Shown: piece by piece, positions 62,570 to 64,000 of the stretch
How positions within the stretch are numbered: position 1 is the first letter of the stretch
Layout: each line of letters starts with the position of its first letter
NCBI GenBank assembly: GCA_963840855.1
Contig: CAWJBB010000041.1
Location: 256,001-320,000, forward strand
Reading direction: 5' to 3'
Source: an uncultured delta proteobacterium
Lineage (GTDB): Bacteria; Desulfobacterota; Binatia; UBA9968
Length of the DNA stretch: 64,000 nucleotides
Position numbers and translations under genes: made by a program
Notes under the pieces: model-generated
Database searches by the model: none
What the model saw: only the letters and a program-made list of their open reading frames with translations
What the model was told of the DNA's origin: nothing

Positions 62570-63595
62570 CTACTCAAGGATCTCCTTGAGCTTTGCGACC
62601 ATCGCCGGGCTCAATTTGAAGAATCGTCCCACGGTTTGCTCCACTTCTTCGCCGCTCAAAGGCGCCAGGTCCATTTTGGCTTTTTTTGTCTCCGCGACGA
62701 ATTCCGAGTCCTTCATCGTTTCCAGGAACGCGCGGCGCAGGCTCTGGACCCTGTCCTTGGGCGTTCCCGGCGCCAGGGAATAGAGATAAGTGATGGCGCT
62801 CGCGTCATGGATTCCGATCTCGATGAACTGTCTTCCTTCTTCGCTTTTGGCAAGGCTGATGGCCAGAGGAACGTTGGGAAGCTCGGCATGGGGTTTCGGG
62901 GCGTTCTGCAGCACGACCACTGCGTCGCCGGTTTCCAGGGCCCTTCCCCAGGTCGATTTGGCGGACGCCCACGATAGGCCGCAGACGCCGGCAACCTCCT
63001 CCGCCTCGGCGGCAAGACGGATCACCGAGGTCCCTTTGTAACCCGAAACGAGCTGAAGCGGGAGACCCAGGGCTGCCTTCAAGATCTTCGCGACGTCGTC
63101 GGTGGTCGAGCTCGGCGCCACGCCGCCCAGCTTGACGGGCGTCTTGGCCGCCATCCAGCGCTCGACGCTCGTGATCCCGCTGCCCTTGGTCAGCACGCAG
63201 GTATCGTGGTTTCTTACCGGCGAACCGATGTATTCGAATCTGCGCGCGTCGAATTCGATTCCTTTGTGTCCCGTTACCTGGCCGATGACGAGGGAGCCGA
63301 TCCAGTTGACGATCGTCAAGCCGTCAGGCTTGGCGACTTTGTAGACGTGATTGGCGGCGATGATGCCTCCGGCGCCGGTCATGTTGTCGACAACCACCGC
63401 AGGGTTCCCCCGAATGTGCTTGCCCATGTGGCGGGCGATGGTTCGGGAATAGGTGTCGAAGCCACCGCCGGCCGCGTAGCCGACCACGATGCGGATCGCT
63501 TTGTTTTTGTAGAACGGCTCCTGAGGGAAGACGGAAGGCGCTGCCACGCTGAAGAGAAACGCCGCTACGATCAGAGCGGCCATCCTTTGTCGCAT
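62570..63595 (-). CDS. Bug/TctC binding protein
   Basis: GYAAGGGFD, NMTGAGG, AKPDGLT, GYKG, PGTPKDRV. Confidence 0.9.
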   Translation of the reverse strand: MRQRMAALIVAAFLFSVAAPSVFPQEPFYKNKAIRIVVGYAAGGGFDTYSRTIARHMGKHIRGNPAVVVDNMTGAGGIIAANHVYKVAKPDGLTIVNWIGSLVIGQVTGHKGIEFDARRFEYIGSPVRNHDTCVLTKGSGITSVERWMAAKTPVKLGGVAPSSTTDDVAKILKAALGLPLQLVSGYKGTSVIRLAAEAEEVAGVCGLSWASAKSTWGRALETGDAVVVLQNAPKPHAELPNVPLAISLAKSEEGRQFIEIGIHDASAITYLYSLAPGTPKDRVQSLRRAFLETMKDSEFVAETKKAKMDLAPLSGEEVEQTVGRFFKLSPAMVAKLKEILE

Positions 63596-64000
63596 CGGGT
63601 GATCCTCCTTTCCGGTTCTTGGGCGCCCAGCATAACGGACGCGTTCCATTTCGACAACGTGTTTTTTGGATTGCCCTGTCGGTAAAGGGCTCGGGGCAGG
63701 TCTTGTTTCTTGCTATTCTGCGCTATCGGTCATATGGGCAGTGCATGGCACACCCTGGTTACAGTTGTTCAAAACGTTCAAGCCGTTCAATCGCTTTCCT
63801 TCGACTTCGCTTCGCGGCGCTCAGGACAGGCGCTCCGTTCAAAACGTATAAGACAATTACAAATCGCAGGGATAACTTCCACGTTTCGAGAATTCTCGGT
63901 CAGTTGGTCTACGTGAAGAAAAGGGGTCGGGAGTCTATGTGTGTTGCTGGCCGTGCCGAGGTAGATTCACCGCCGAGGCGCGGCGGACACGAAGCGGATA

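Overview
Bacterial chromosomal window. The gene content (many orphan solute-binding and Bug/TctC proteins, class III CoA-transferases, crotonases, amidohydrolase, solitary GlmL) resembles Ca. Binatia/Deltaproteobacteria-like genomes; this assignment is inference only. Many genes carry single-base frameshifts, probably assembly errors, so pseudogene calls are uncertain. About 1-13 kb holds housekeeping and accessory genes, including selenoneine genes senA-senB next to a GH84 O-GlcNAcase-like gene, with no senC visible. About 13-36 kb holds a two-component cassette and an acyl-CoA catabolic/transport region. About 36-38 kb holds two copies of a modular repeat and a DUF4258 toxin gene split into oppositely oriented halves beside an intact MqsA/YgiT antitoxin. 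About 38-61.4 kb is a co-oriented defence island: a Zn-ribbon ORF, a DCD(EVE-like)-AAA fusion, and a BREX variant (brxE-brxA-brxB-brxC-pglX-[HhH glycosylase-like gene]-pglZ-brxL with a PLD-like MIT_C tail instead of Lon) whose pglX is interrupted by an IS21 element. A three-gene unit follows (small helical protein, Rad50-like zinc-hook ABC ATPase, PD-(D/E)xK-like nuclease) and is the best candidate for an undescribed system. The island ends at a RAYT transposase flanked by 17-bp inverted REP-like repeats. No rRNA, tRNA or CRISPR array was recognised.
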